Below are positions 45,716 to 56,510 of a DNA stretch of 64,000 nt, piece by piece. Numbering within the stretch: the stretch's first letter is position 1; the number at the start of each line of letters is the position of its first letter. The notes below the pieces were generated by a model that was not told the DNA's origin, did no database searches, and saw nothing but the letters and a program-made list of their open reading frames with translations. The DNA is from Candidatus Bathyarchaeota archaeon. Its GTDB lineage: Archaea > Thermoproteota > Bathyarchaeia > 40CM-2-53-6. Position numbers and translations under genes: made by a program. The stretch is from positions 1,536,001-1,600,000 of the forward strand of contig CAVSBL010000002.1 of NCBI GenBank assembly GCA_963726255.1, written 5' to 3'.

Positions 45716-48088
45716 GTGAAGATTAGAAACAAGGTTCTCTGCACAGTCGCAATCATACTGATCGCGGCTACGTTTGTACCCCCTGCATCGCCTGCTCATG
45801 CCCTCATCGTAATTCGAGGACTGCAGAATCCAACCCGCCAAATCTCAATTTTCGTTGAAGGTGGTCGCGATTTCGACCCCGGTGACGTTCAATTGCTAGG
45901 CAATTATGGCGCAGTGACCACAGTAGCAGGACCCATTGCTGTCCTTCACACAATGCCAGCTGAGCTACCCGAAATTGCAAGCCTGCCCTTTGTCACACGT
46001 ATTGAGAATTCCCATTCCCTCAGCGTTGACCTGGAAAGTGGCGTACCAGACACTGGAGCGCCGCAGGTGTGGAACGAGGTGAAAGATCAGGAAGGCCGCA
46101 ACGTAACTGGTGCAGGCGTAATTGTCGGCTTTGTTGACACAGGCATTGACACTTCGCATCCAGATTTCACCTTCCCTAACGGAACCACGAAAATTATATT
46201 CGTCTGGGACCAGTCAACCTCTGGCCGCCCACCAACTGGCTTCAACTATGGCTACGAGTGCACATCGGCTGATATCCAAGCGGGCAGTTGCCCTGAAACC
46301 GATACATTTGGCCACGGAACACACGTAGCTGGAATAGCTGCAGGCTCCGGCATGGCGACCGGAAACTTTACCGGAGTAGCTCCCGCCGCGAGCATTATTT
46401 TCGTAAAGAGCGGGTATAGCGTTTGCAATGGCTCAAGTTGGAACTTCGGCACGGCGCAGATCCTAGACGGAATAAACTACATAGTGAGAAAGGCCAAGCA
46501 GCTTGGGATGCGTTCGGTCATAAGCCTGAGTTTGGGCGGCAACATTGGCGCTCATGATGGGACCGACCCGTTCGAGCTCGGCCTCGACACCTTCGTGAAA
46601 TCGGGAACGCCGGTTGTTGTTGCTGCAGGCAATTCAGCACGAGATAACGCCCACATACGGGGGCAATTGACCCAGGGAAACAACGTAACGTTCCAGTTAC
46701 AGGTTCAGGAAACGACAGTGGACCTTCAGATAGATGTGTGGTATTCGCCACAGGATCAAATAAACGCCACTCTAACAACCCCAGATGGACAAACATACCC
46801 CGTCCCGACAGCATTAGGAGGCGTATTGGGCAATTCGGGGAACGTAACAACCACTACTAGTTCCTCGATTACCGGTAAAGAACTGTACCTTGAAGTCAAC
46901 TCAACCAGCAACCTTCGAACTACGGGCTGGAGCGTCACGCTCAAGGCGAATCAAATCCACTCCCTAGGCCTTTGGGATGCATGGACTGACGCGGTAACTT
47001 GCTCATATCCGGGAGCGTTCTTTGTCCCAGGAGATGGATACGCTATCGACCCGCACGATACGGTGGACATACCCGGTACGGCGAAAAATGTCGTAACTGT
47101 CGGTGCCTACATTACAAACGCGTCATGGGTGGGAATGGATGGCCAGACCTATGGGCGCAAAGACATACTGCCCGGTGGAATGGCATCGTTCAGCTCGCTT
47201 GGGCCCACCAGGGACGGAAGAATTAAGCCGGACGTGGTAGCACCCGGCGCGCTCATCGCATCCGCGAGAGCAAGCGCGATACCTAGACAAAACAGTGACC
47301 CGGACCCGTTCCACAGAATCCTAGCCGGAACGAGCATGGCAACACCACACGTAGCCGGAACCATTGCCCTAATGCTACAGTTCGAACCAAACCTACAAGC
47401 CACGGATGTCCCACGAATATTGGAACATACGGCCCGACTTGACGCACACACCGGAGTGCTTGCGATCGGGTCCCCAACCTGGGGCTTCGGAAAGGTAGAT
47501 GCTCGCACTGCAACCGGCTTGTTTCGATTCACCCTGATAACTGGCGAGATTCCAAACTCTGTCGCAGTTCCGCTTCACGTAGATGGTACCCTAAACGTAG
47601 AAACCTCAGGCGGTTCTTGGGTTGATCTATATTTCCCGAAGGGAACCACACACCTGATCTCCTCCGATCCGCAAATTCAAGGTGGGCCTGGGACTCGGTA
47701 CGAACTAACGAATGCAGTTTTTCGGGTCTCAGCGAATTCCCTAGAGACGCTAAATTACTCGGTTCAGTACTTACTCATAGTGAATTCGCGTTATGGCCCT
47801 ACGTTAGGGGGAGGATGGTACAATGAAAACGCAACAGCGAAAATTGCTGCCCCAGAACTTGTACGCGCTGACGGGCTGTTGGGCTACTTAGGCATGGAAT
47901 ATGCCTTGGCCTACTGGGCAGAACCTGAGGGAGAAATTACCTCTAACTCCGTGGTCGTGACTGCGCCAACAACCGTGACGGCCGTTTACGTACCCATGTT
48001 TCCATTAGAAACGTTTGTAGCGATAATTGTGTTCCTGGCAGCGATTGCTGTCACTGCGGTTATTATCGCTAGGAAATGGATGAGTTAG
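45716..48088 (+). CDS. Secreted, membrane-anchored S8 subtilase with an insertion domain
   Basis: Catalytic triad DTGID, HGTHVAG, GTSMATP; signal peptide; C-terminal TM. Confidence 0.93.
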   Translation: MKIRNKVLCTVAIILIAATFVPPASPAHALIVIRGLQNPTRQISIFVEGGRDFDPGDVQLLGNYGAVTTVAGPIAVLHTMPAELPEIASLPFVTRIENSHSLSVDLESGVPDTGAPQVWNEVKDQEGRNVTGAGVIVGFVDTGIDTSHPDFTFPNGTTKIIFVWDQSTSGRPPTGFNYGYECTSADIQAGSCPETDTFGHGTHVAGIAAGSGMATGNFTGVAPAASIIFVKSGYSVCNGSSWNFGTAQILDGINYIVRKAKQLGMRSVISLSLGGNIGAHDGTDPFELGLDTFVKSGTPVVVAAGNSARDNAHIRGQLTQGNNVTFQLQVQETTVDLQIDVWYSPQDQINATLTTPDGQTYPVPTALGGVLGNSGNVTTTTSSSITGKELYLEVNSTSNLRTTGWSVTLKANQIHSLGLWDAWTDAVTCSYPGAFFVPGDGYAIDPHDTVDIPGTAKNVVTVGAYITNASWVGMDGQTYGRKDILPGGMASFSSLGPTRDGRIKPDVVAPGALIASARASAIPRQNSDPDPFHRILAGTSMATPHVAGTIALMLQFEPNLQATDVPRILEHTARLDAHTGVLAIGSPTWGFGKVDARTATGLFRFTLITGEIPNSVAVPLHVDGTLNVETSGGSWVDLYFPKGTTHLISSDPQIQGGPGTRYELTNAVFRVSANSLETLNYSVQYLLIVNSRYGPTLGGGWYNENATAKIAAPELVRADGLLGYLGMEYALAYWAEPEGEITSNSVVVTAPTTVTAVYVPMFPLETFVAIIVFLAAIAVTAVIIARKWMS

Positions 48089-48098
48089 CCTGCCGGCT

Positions 48099-48413
48099 TT
48101 ATTTTCTTCTGAGCAACACGTCAGTGCGCTCGACGCGAACATCAAATGGCACTTCGTCCTTCACAGGGGGAGGTCCGACGACCTTTCCTGTGGTGGCATC
48201 AAACTGGCCTCCATGCCATGGGCAGGTGACCGTACTCCCTTCAAGCTCCCCCTCATCAAGCGGTCCACCCCTATGCGTGCAGGCATTTGTCATTGCATAG
48301 AGCTTGCCGCCAACATTCGCCATAAGGACATCCTCACCTCCAAAAACAACCTTCTTCAACGAACCAGTTGGGAAATCGTCCACTCGGCCTACCTTCACGT
48401 ACCCTTCGCTCAT
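48099..48413 (-). CDS. Rieske [2Fe-2S] ferredoxin
   Basis: CTH...CPWHG. Confidence 0.94.
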   Translation of the reverse strand: MSEGYVKVGRVDDFPTGSLKKVVFGGEDVLMANVGGKLYAMTNACTHRGGPLDEGELEGSTVTCPWHGGQFDATTGKVVGPPPVKDEVPFDVRVERTDVLLRRK

Positions 48414-48532
48414 TTCGTTTCAACTACACGACGCTATGTTCAACTAGCTTTATGAATTGAACGCGCGCAAACCTATATTCGCGCGTCCCATTCCCAAGTT
48501 AAAAGCGCCGAATATTCGATTTCGATATAGAA

Positions 48533-49815
48533 ATGGGGAAAAGCAGTCTGCCACCCGAAACCCAAACTCAACGTTTCGAATTCTTAAAACGGAAATTTCA
48601 GGAGTATTACAAATCCGCCAGATCTTCCCTCAAACCGCCACCGGAGATGGCTGAACGCGAATTCGGGTTCCTGCTTTTCCCGCAAAGAATAATGTTGCGA
48701 CACAAGGCCTTTCACGACTTTGGTACCTTCACTGATTCGCTCATATCACTGGCTCCTTCAGATGTTTACTATTCCACGGCGTACTACGCACACCCCGACC
48801 TCGAGATGGACCAAAAGGGTTGGAAGGGCTCGGATGTTGTCTTCGATGTTGACGCAGATCACATAGACACCCCATGCAAAGAAACACATGACATGTGGGT
48901 ATGCAGCAAGTGCAAGGAGACGCGGAGAGGAAAGAAGCCAACAAAATGTCCCAAGTGTGGCGCGGAGAAAATAGATGAAAAACCTTGGCTTTGCGTCCGA
49001 TGCCTGATCGCAGCAAAAGAGGAAGTCCTAAAACTAATCGAATTCCTCTCAGAAGACTTCGGAATAAAATCTAATCAGATGCACTTGTTCTTCTCCGGTC
49101 ACAGAGGATATCACCTTCACATCATCTCCGACAATTTGAAAATACTGGACGACATGCAAAGGAAGGAGATAGTTGACTACGTCCTAGCCTTGGGACTGGA
49201 TCCGGCCGAGCAAGGCCTGTATCAAGACCTCTTAGAGAATAGGCATCCAATTGTCATTGGGCCAGACCTGACTGACCCAGGGTGGCGCGGCAGGCTTGCC
49301 CGTGGAGTATATCAAATCCTAACGGAATGGGATAAACAACGGTTGGTTGAGCTCGGATTCACTGCGGTGCTGCCAATCAAATTCTGAACGACCGTGACGC
49401 AATTAAGAAAGAGTGGTCGAAAAAAATGCTTTGGAGCTCCTTTCAAGACAAGTGGCACATAAATGAGAAAGTCTGGAGGAACATCGTTGAGAAAGCGATG
49501 AGCCTCGTCGCCCTACCAGCCCAAATCGATACAGTTGTGACCACAGACATACACAGATTGATCCGTATGCCAGAAACCCTCAACGGCAAGACAGGGTTCA
49601 AGGCTTCCGAAGTTGAGATCGGGCGCCTCGAAGAATTCGATCCATTCTATGAACCTGTAGTCTTCGAAGGAGTCCAGAACGTTCAGGTCACAGAAGCACC
49701 TGAACTCAGATTACGCGACCAGAACTATGGGCCATTCGCCGACGAGAAAGTTGAGTTACCTCTCGCAGCAGCAATCTTACTCATAGCTAAGGGCGTTGCA
49801 TCCCCGGTGAACTAA
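48533..49815 (+). CDS. priS: DNA primase small subunit, split by an apparent one-base deletion near 49365
   Basis: REFGF, VYYSTAYY, FDVDAD, FSGHRGYH in the first ORF; IDTVVTTDIHRLIRMP.TLNGKTG in the second. Confidence 0.93.
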
Positions 49816-49817
49816 TC

Positions 49818-50405
49818 GTGTACAACGACCTCTACAAGGCTTGGAAGGCAGAAAAGACATCCGAGAAACCACAGCCACTTCCCAGCGACTTCTATCGAAG
49901 GGCCGCTGGCTACCTAAAGGGACTGGAAGACGATTCAGCTGCAGGTGATACACGCACAATCCAAGGCCGCCTACTTGTTGACGAGAAAGAAATCGCGCGA
50001 CGCCTCCTTGAAGAAATCAAGCAAACGAGGCTGCAAAAAATTGTGAACTCAGCGCGAGAGGGCAGCGTAATCAACGCGGATGGCTTAACGGAAGAAGAGA
50101 GAGAGCTCGTGGGACGGTTCAATGAATCCATTTCAACTTACAAGGAACATGAAGCGGCAAAACCGGCAGTTGGTTCGCCTAGCGGCCCGATGGAGCTATC
50201 GGTCGTAAGGTTTCTAGATAACGTTCCCGAAATTGTCGGAGTTGATTTGAAAATATACGGCCCGTATAAGAAAGAAGACGTCGGTTCTCTTCCAAACCAA
50301 AACGCCCGGGCACTAATCAAGCAAGGCCTAGCGAAGGAAATTGATGTCAAACGCGTTCCTAATCTTCGCCCAGAAAAGTTGGCCGAACAACTCCATCAAC
50401 AATAA
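49818..50405 (+). CDS. GINS subunit (Gins51/15 type)
   Basis: LPSDFY, LTEEE, VRFL..VPEIVG.D...YGPY..EDV..LP..NA; synteny after priS. Confidence 0.88.
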   Translation: MYNDLYKAWKAEKTSEKPQPLPSDFYRRAAGYLKGLEDDSAAGDTRTIQGRLLVDEKEIARRLLEEIKQTRLQKIVNSAREGSVINADGLTEEERELVGRFNESISTYKEHEAAKPAVGSPSGPMELSVVRFLDNVPEIVGVDLKIYGPYKKEDVGSLPNQNARALIKQGLAKEIDVKRVPNLRPEKLAEQLHQQ

Positions 50406-50447
50406 ATAGAGCACGCAAGGCTACGTAGCGAAGTCAGGCTGATCAGT

Positions 50448-50723
50448 ATGAAAGCCCCAAAACAGATTCGAACCTACTGTCCGAAATGCAAATCACATAC
50501 TGATCATCAGGTATCAATCTACAAGAAGAGTAAAGAACGTGCGATGTCTGACGGGGCACGGCGGCAAGCACGAAGGAAACATGGCTATGGCGGACAGAAG
50601 TTCCCGGAGCTGAAGCGCACCGCAAAGACAACCAAGAAGCAGCTTCTCAGGCTCAGTTGCAGAACCTGCAACTCCGAGGTTTACCGATTCGGAATTAGGC
50701 TTCGAAAACTCGAAATCACCTAA
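50448..50723 (+). CDS. rpl44e: 50S ribosomal protein L44e
   Basis: TYCPKC..HT, GYGGQKFP, KTTKK. Confidence 0.97.
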   Translation: MKAPKQIRTYCPKCKSHTDHQVSIYKKSKERAMSDGARRQARRKHGYGGQKFPELKRTAKTTKKQLLRLSCRTCNSEVYRFGIRLRKLEIT

Positions 50724-50750
50724 AGGACCAGCCGCCAGGTCAGTGCAAGA

Positions 50751-50829
50751 CTAGGTTCTGGCGCCGAAGGCGAGGCCATAACACTTATGTTACCTGCTTT
50801 CTTTTCCCTCGTCCTTCACAAGAGCCTAG
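50751..50829. ncRNA. Candidate structured RNA hairpin between rpl44e and rps27e
   Basis: CTAGGTTCT/AGAGCCTAG, GAAGGCGAGG/CCTCGTCCTTC, inner TAACA/TGTTA. Confidence 0.4.
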
Positions 50830-50842
50830 AGTGAGAGCGAGT

Positions 50843-51037
50843 ATGGTCAAGGGAGAACTAATTCCGAAGCCGGAAAGCAACTTCGTCAGAATCAAATGTG
50901 CCAAATGCGGAAACGAGCAAGTAATATTCGATAGGCCTTCAATCCCCCCGCGATGTTCAGTTTGCGAAGAGGTCTTGGCTGAACCAACTGGTGGAAAAGC
51001 GAAAATCAAATCGGAAGTTGTACAGATCCTCGGATAG
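50843..51037 (+). CDS. rps27e: 30S ribosomal protein S27e
   Basis: P.SNFVRIKCAKCGNEQVIF...C..C...PTGGKA. Confidence 0.97.
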   Translation: MVKGELIPKPESNFVRIKCAKCGNEQVIFDRPSIPPRCSVCEEVLAEPTGGKAKIKSEVVQILG

Positions 51038-51046
51038 GGCAATTAA

Positions 51047-51829
51047 ATGTCAGTTACGCCACGATACCCAGAGGTCGGCGACCTAGTAGTAGCAAGTGTA
51101 ACGAGGGTTGTGGATTACGGCGCGTACGTCAAGCTTGACGAGTATGACGGCGTAGAAGGCCTAATTCACATTTCGGAAATCGCAAGCACGTATGTGAAGA
51201 ATATTCGGGTTCATGTTAGGGAAGGACAGAAACTCGTCCTGAAGGTTCTGCGGGTTAGCCCACAACGTGCCCAAGTCGACCTCTCGCTTCGCAGGGTGAC
51301 CGGGCGAGAAAAGTCCGAGAAGATGCTCGAATGGAAGAAAGTCAAAAAGGCTGATTCAATAATCAAAGGCGCCGCCGAGAGGTTGCAGGTCGGCGAAGAA
51401 GACGTGTCCAAAGTCAGGTCGATCATCTACGAAAAATTCGACAACCCCTTCGATGCGTTCGAAGAGGCTACGGATGAAGGCGAGGAAATATTCACTAAAC
51501 TTGGTATAAGCGAAGATTGGGCTAAGGCACTCACAGAGGTGGCCCGGAGCAAGATTAGATTAGAGAAGGCAAAAGTCACTGGAACCGTAGAGCTGACTTG
51601 CGCCAAGACAGAAGGCGTGGAGGCAATTCGTCAAGCTCTGCGTGGGGCGAAGAAGGTTAAGAAATCCCGCGGAACCACCATCAATATCTACACCATCGGA
51701 TCGCCGCGTTACAGGCTTGAGGTTAGGAGCAAGGAGATTACAGACGCCCAGGCGACGCTAAACCTAGCGATTGAAGAGGCGTTGAACGCCATCAAAGGAC
51801 TCGGCGGCGAAGGGCGCAAACTGAGTTGA
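51047..51829 (+). CDS. eif2a: Translation initiation factor aIF2 alpha
   Basis: PEVGDLVV S1 domain, DLSLRRV, GSPRYR. Confidence 0.96.
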   Translation: MSVTPRYPEVGDLVVASVTRVVDYGAYVKLDEYDGVEGLIHISEIASTYVKNIRVHVREGQKLVLKVLRVSPQRAQVDLSLRRVTGREKSEKMLEWKKVKKADSIIKGAAERLQVGEEDVSKVRSIIYEKFDNPFDAFEEATDEGEEIFTKLGISEDWAKALTEVARSKIRLEKAKVTGTVELTCAKTEGVEAIRQALRGAKKVKKSRGTTINIYTIGSPRYRLEVRSKEITDAQATLNLAIEEALNAIKGLGGEGRKLS

Positions 51830-51978
51830 AGTGGCTGCTAAGAAAGTGTGCAAACTGCAAGACTTACACGTTGAAACAAACCTGCCCGAAATGTGGAACC
51901 TCAACCGTTACACCACATCCATCAAAGTTTTCCCCGCATGACAAATATGCCCGGCTACGTCAGCCGGAGAAAAACTGA
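51826..51978 (+). CDS. nop10: H/ACA RNP protein Nop10 (below ORF-track cutoff)
   Basis: MKWLLRKCANCKTYTLKQTCPKCGTSTVTPHPSKFSPHDKYARLR; TTGA overlap with eif2a. Confidence 0.95.
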   Translation: MKWLLRKCANCKTYTLKQTCPKCGTSTVTPHPSKFSPHDKYARLRQPEKN

Positions 51979-52007
51979 ACGCTGAAGTGGCTGCAAGCAA
52001 ACTCTGG

Positions 52008-54781
52008 TTAAGGCTTATTCAAGGTGACGACCGCTCTGGCTGGGTTGTGATCATTGTCTCCCGGCCAAGTGGCGGTTAGCATGAAGCTCCCAGATACGCT
52101 AACTGTCCAAGTGAAGTTCATTGTTGTGGAGTTCATGATTAAACTCCCAATCGGTACGAAGGTCTTGTTGTCGAGGCTGTATGATACGGTAACGTTGGCT
52201 CCAGTGACGAACGGTGTCATTTGAACCGTCACCGTTACGTTCGACCCTACGGGCACTGAACTGGTTGATGTTGAGATACTTAGGGCGACGTTCGCCACCG
52301 TTACGGAAACTTGTTGGGGCGCCGTTGAGGTCTCTGAGTACGGCCCTTGCGCACCTAGGTAGTGGGCTCGGACTAGGACGTTTCCAACGTCAGGTGTCCA
52401 AGCGTAACTATACGTCCCGTTTGAAGATACAGGGACCGATCTTATTGGCAACCAAGATTGGCCGCTGTCATCGGAATATTCCAAATTCACTTGTGGGTTA
52501 CTGATTGTCAGTGGCTTTCCAGAGGTATCCGTGAGGTTTCCGGCAAAGATCACTTGATCTCCGTATGTTAGCTGGCTTTTGACTGGCTTAAGGGTTAGGA
52601 GAGCCGGTTTTCCAATTTTGACTTGGTACAAGAATACGAAGTTGTTCGAGGAAGAGAAAACACGCGTAAGGTATGGAGAAGGCTGCTCAGTGCCTGACGT
52701 TGTCGAGAAAGCCATCATGTAACCGAGCATGGTGTGGTCGTTAAGCCGGTTATTTGTGGCGATCGTGTCGTTACTCACAATCTTCCCCTTCGAGTCCATT
52801 AACACCTGAGTGTAACTTGCACTGGTACTACCAGTAGAAGTGCCGGTAAGGGTTTCCTGGTAGATGACCTTGTAGTTCTGCCACATTGTGTTGTTTCCGA
52901 TGCGTGCCATCCAGTACCATTTCCCATCCTCGCCGAATCCCTGGTAACCTCCCGAAGTGCCCCCTGACGGGGTGATGAAGAATGCCACGTATGACACGTT
53001 GTAGCGGCGAGGTTAGGGATTGCCAGGGTCATATTGTCGAGGAAGGTTTGAGCTATCATAGCTATCTGCGTGGAGTTCTGGGTACCGTTATCTGCAAGGG
53101 TCCGCCGTTCGCCCAATGCGGTTATCCAGTATCCGTAGTCCCACCAAGCGAAGATAACCGATCCCGGAGCTGTATTCTGCCGCATCCACGAGAGCGCCTC
53201 AAGCCAATCCGAATACTTCAACTCCTGCCCTGATGGTGGAGCCGTGGGAATACTCGAAGTGACGATTGTTGCGGGTTGGTATGATCCGCGCACCGCAGTC
53301 CAGAACGTTGGGATTATCGCTATGAGAAGGATTAGGAAGATGGCGACGCCGAACTCTCGGCCTACTCTACTTATCACCCGAGTTTTATGTTTCGGATATA
53401 TCACCGCCTCGCGCACAATGTCAACTGCGGGTTTGCCGAGTTCCACCGTGCCGATGGCCGCTAAGAGGCAGAAGGCTGGAGCAAGGAGCAACGTCAGACG
53501 GACGAAGGATGCTGCAAAATAGACAGCGGTTACTCCCCAGAGAAGGACGAAGATATCATCGTCTCTAGACCTTTGCAATATGAAAATGAACCCGAACAAA
53601 ATCAGAAAAATAAGGGCTCCAAACTCGTAGTAGAATGAGCCCCATGTTGCCGGCTGGTGTTCAGCAACACTCTGAATGATTGGAACGTCACCACGTATGA
53701 ACGGATTTATTACCGCATAGAATTTGCCGTAGGGTAGAGAGACGATGTGCAAATAGGAAAGGCCGCTCACCACGAGTATGGTTCCAAGTACCACGGTCGC
53801 CAACGTGTAAATCTGATGCTTCCTGTTCGTGATATATGTGGACGCCTCGCGAACGAGCAGAATGACCTCCCCAACAGGGATTACAAGCCAAGTAAAGTCA
53901 CTGAGGGAGGCCAAACCCAACTTGGGAACCAAGAAGGGTGTAAAGAGCAAGAATATTCCCATAGCAACTGAATAGCTTATGAAGAATTTTTTCGAAGAAC
54001 GCCCCAGAATCCCCAAGACCATCGCGTACAAAACCAACAAGTCGAGCGGGAAGTATGCCGCTGCCCATGAGGCAGCCAAGTAGAAGAGCAAAAAGCCAGT
54101 CAAGCCAGCATATATCAGCGTCCTGCGAGTCGAGGAGTTAGGCAGAGTCGACCTCCTGAAGAATAGGAAAATCAGAATCATCAGCAGAATGCCAAGCGGC
54201 TCATGACGAAGGAAGCCAAGTTGGGTTCGGCCAATACTACTTGGGTTCAAAGCCAAAAACAGGGCAGTGAATAACCCAGCGCCCTTTCCCCAGAAATCTT
54301 TCCCAAGAAAGTAAGCAGCCAGAACGGTAATGGTTCCTGCGACTACGGGGAAAATTACTGCCACTACAAACACGGATGCGTTTACGCCCACATCGTGCAA
54401 GAACATTGTAATAGCCGCTATCACGAAGGCTGTGCCGTACAGATTCCACGTCGGCATATCCGCACCGTATGGATACCAACTCATCGTATCATGCCAACTA
54501 AACCAAGCCAGGAACCCGTGATCGACTACATACTGCGCCATACGCCATTGCAAGTATGGATCAAATTCGTTGAGGAAGAAGCCCCAGCGAATCGGCATTA
54601 TGCGGACTGCTAGTGCCAAGAGGACAATCAAAGCAATTACAATTGCTTCGATGACTGTTCCCCTAGAAATGCCGGAGAGAACTTTGCGGGTTCCTTCGAC
54701 CCGGCCGGCAAGAGTCTCGCGGTTAATGTATTTCCCCAAGAAGCCACGGAGCTTCCTGAGCGCTTGCCGGGTTGCTGACAT
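52008..54781 (-). CDS. aglB: Oligosaccharyltransferase AglB/STT3 with C-terminal Ig-like domains, split by an apparent one-base deletion near 53005
   Basis: EFDPY, SVAEHQP, WWDYG, ADNGT; the second frame continues YNVSYV...EDGKWYWMARI. Confidence 0.93.
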
Positions 54782-55015
54782 TCGACCGCCTGCAGATTTT
54801 TCAGACTACACTTTGTGTGTTATAAAAGGTTGGTGAGCTACAACATCAGCTAAACGACGCTGCCCCCAGTTCCTGCAACGGAATTCGATGTTAGACCGTC
54901 CTATCACAAGCCCTGCTTGTCAAATTGACCGCTCCGTACGGTTAAGAAACCAAAGTTCAACTAGCAAAGACCTTTCAGGATTCGGAGCGAATCCGTATCA
55001 GTCGTGGCTGATAAC

Positions 55016-55255
55016 ATGCCCAGCACATACCTTAGGTGCCCTTCCTGCGGGAAAACAAACACATCGGATGCCAGGTATTGCATTGGTTGCGGGTCAATAC
55101 TGAATCCAGTTTACTGTTCTTCTTGCGGGACCAGTAACCCCGATGGCTTGGAGCATTGCCTGGAATGTGGGAACACGCTCCCCACACTAACAGGCGTTAG
55201 TTGGAAGCCGATCGTTACTGTCCTCAGGCCCACTTCAGCAATGGTTAACCTCTGA
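55016..55255 (+). CDS. Double zinc-ribbon protein
   Basis: CPSCG..N...ARYCIGCG, CSSCG..N....HCLECG. Confidence 0.8.
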   Translation: MPSTYLRCPSCGKTNTSDARYCIGCGSILNPVYCSSCGTSNPDGLEHCLECGNTLPTLTGVSWKPIVTVLRPTSAMVNL

Positions 55256-55348
55256 AATCGCCGTGGAACCACAGTCCCGCTGAAGAACCCTCCTCTGAGA
55301 CGTCCTATCGCAAACTATGAGAACCTTGAGAACACGGGCTGGCACTGC

Positions 55349-56473
55349 CTATCTCCTTCTTGAATAACCATACTTGCTTGGGTCATAGAAGGGCGTTTTG
55401 ACTATCGTTCCTTCCTCCCGCCGATCTCGCACCTCAACTCCGACAACCGCGCCTTCGCGGGCAATTTCGCGGCCAACGTATCCCATTGCGATACCCCTGT
55501 TCAGAACAGGTGATAGGGTTCCGCTTGTGACCGTTCCTACAGCTTTCTCCTGATGAATAATGTTGAAACCGTGCCTGGGAATGACACGCCTCTTTGTCAC
55601 TAGGCCGATGCGTGTTCTCGGCGTTCCCTTTTCTTTAAGTTCCTGCAACCTTTTCTTGCCGATGAATTCTTTGTGCAGTCTTACGACGAAGCCTAGCTTC
55701 GCCTCGAACGGGTTCGTGGTCTCGTCCATGTCTGTTCCATATAGGCAAAGGCCAGCTTCCAAGCGCAAAAGGTCTCTGGCCCCCAAACCGCATACCTCAA
55801 GGCCGTACGGTTTGCCAGCCTGTAAGATACTATCCCAAACCATTTGTGCCTTTTCAGCTCTACCTACCGGAGAATCCCAGACACATAATTCGAACCCGTC
55901 CTCCCCGGTGTAGCCAGTTCTGGAAACCAAGGCCCGAGCTCCAGCAATTTCAGCCCATGCACATCCGAACCGAGGAAGCTTCTCAAGTTGAATGCTGCTC
56001 AATTGCTGCACTACGGAGATCGCTTTGGGGCCTTGCACAGCGAACATCGCAACATCATCTGACACGTCTTGAATGTCGACGCTTAGGCCTCTGGAAGCGG
56101 CCAAAATCCAATCGTAGTCCTTGGACCGGTTCGCCGCATTGTAGACCATTAGGTGCTCAGCTTCCTGCAACCGGAAGACCAGCACATCATCCTTGATTCC
56201 CCCGTCATTGTTGCAGATGAGAGAATACTGCCCTTGACCGCTGCCGAGGGACGCAACATCATTCGTAGTTACAGCGTCAAGCAATCTCTGCGAATCTTCC
56301 CCCCGAATTATTGCACGACCCATGTGACTTACATCGAAAATTCCTGCAGCGTTCCTAACAGCCAAAGATTCAGGGATGATTCCTTTGAACCAGAGTGGCA
56401 GATTGTAACCTGCGAACTCAGCCAAATGTCCATTTTGCTCATGGAAACTCTGCAGCTGCACATCTTTGAGCAA
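55349..56473 (-). CDS. gcvT: Glycine cleavage system T protein
   Basis: FDVSHMG, RTGYTGEDGFE, GLGARDLLRLEAG, TPFY. Confidence 0.96.
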   Translation of the reverse strand: MLKDVQLQSFHEQNGHLAEFAGYNLPLWFKGIIPESLAVRNAAGIFDVSHMGRAIIRGEDSQRLLDAVTTNDVASLGSGQGQYSLICNNDGGIKDDVLVFRLQEAEHLMVYNAANRSKDYDWILAASRGLSVDIQDVSDDVAMFAVQGPKAISVVQQLSSIQLEKLPRFGCAWAEIAGARALVSRTGYTGEDGFELCVWDSPVGRAEKAQMVWDSILQAGKPYGLEVCGLGARDLLRLEAGLCLYGTDMDETTNPFEAKLGFVVRLHKEFIGKKRLQELKEKGTPRTRIGLVTKRRVIPRHGFNIIHQEKAVGTVTSGTLSPVLNRGIAMGYVGREIAREGAVVGVEVRDRREEGTIVKTPFYDPSKYGYSRRR

Positions 56474-56510
56474 GCTATTTCGCTCTTACAGCTGCGGAGT
56501 CTTTGTACGG

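Noticed and set aside
51827-51994. 12-bp direct repeat TGAAGTGGCTGC at the nop10 start and just after its stop
   Set aside because: It is short, one copy is coding, and nop10 is in its conserved position; probably chance.
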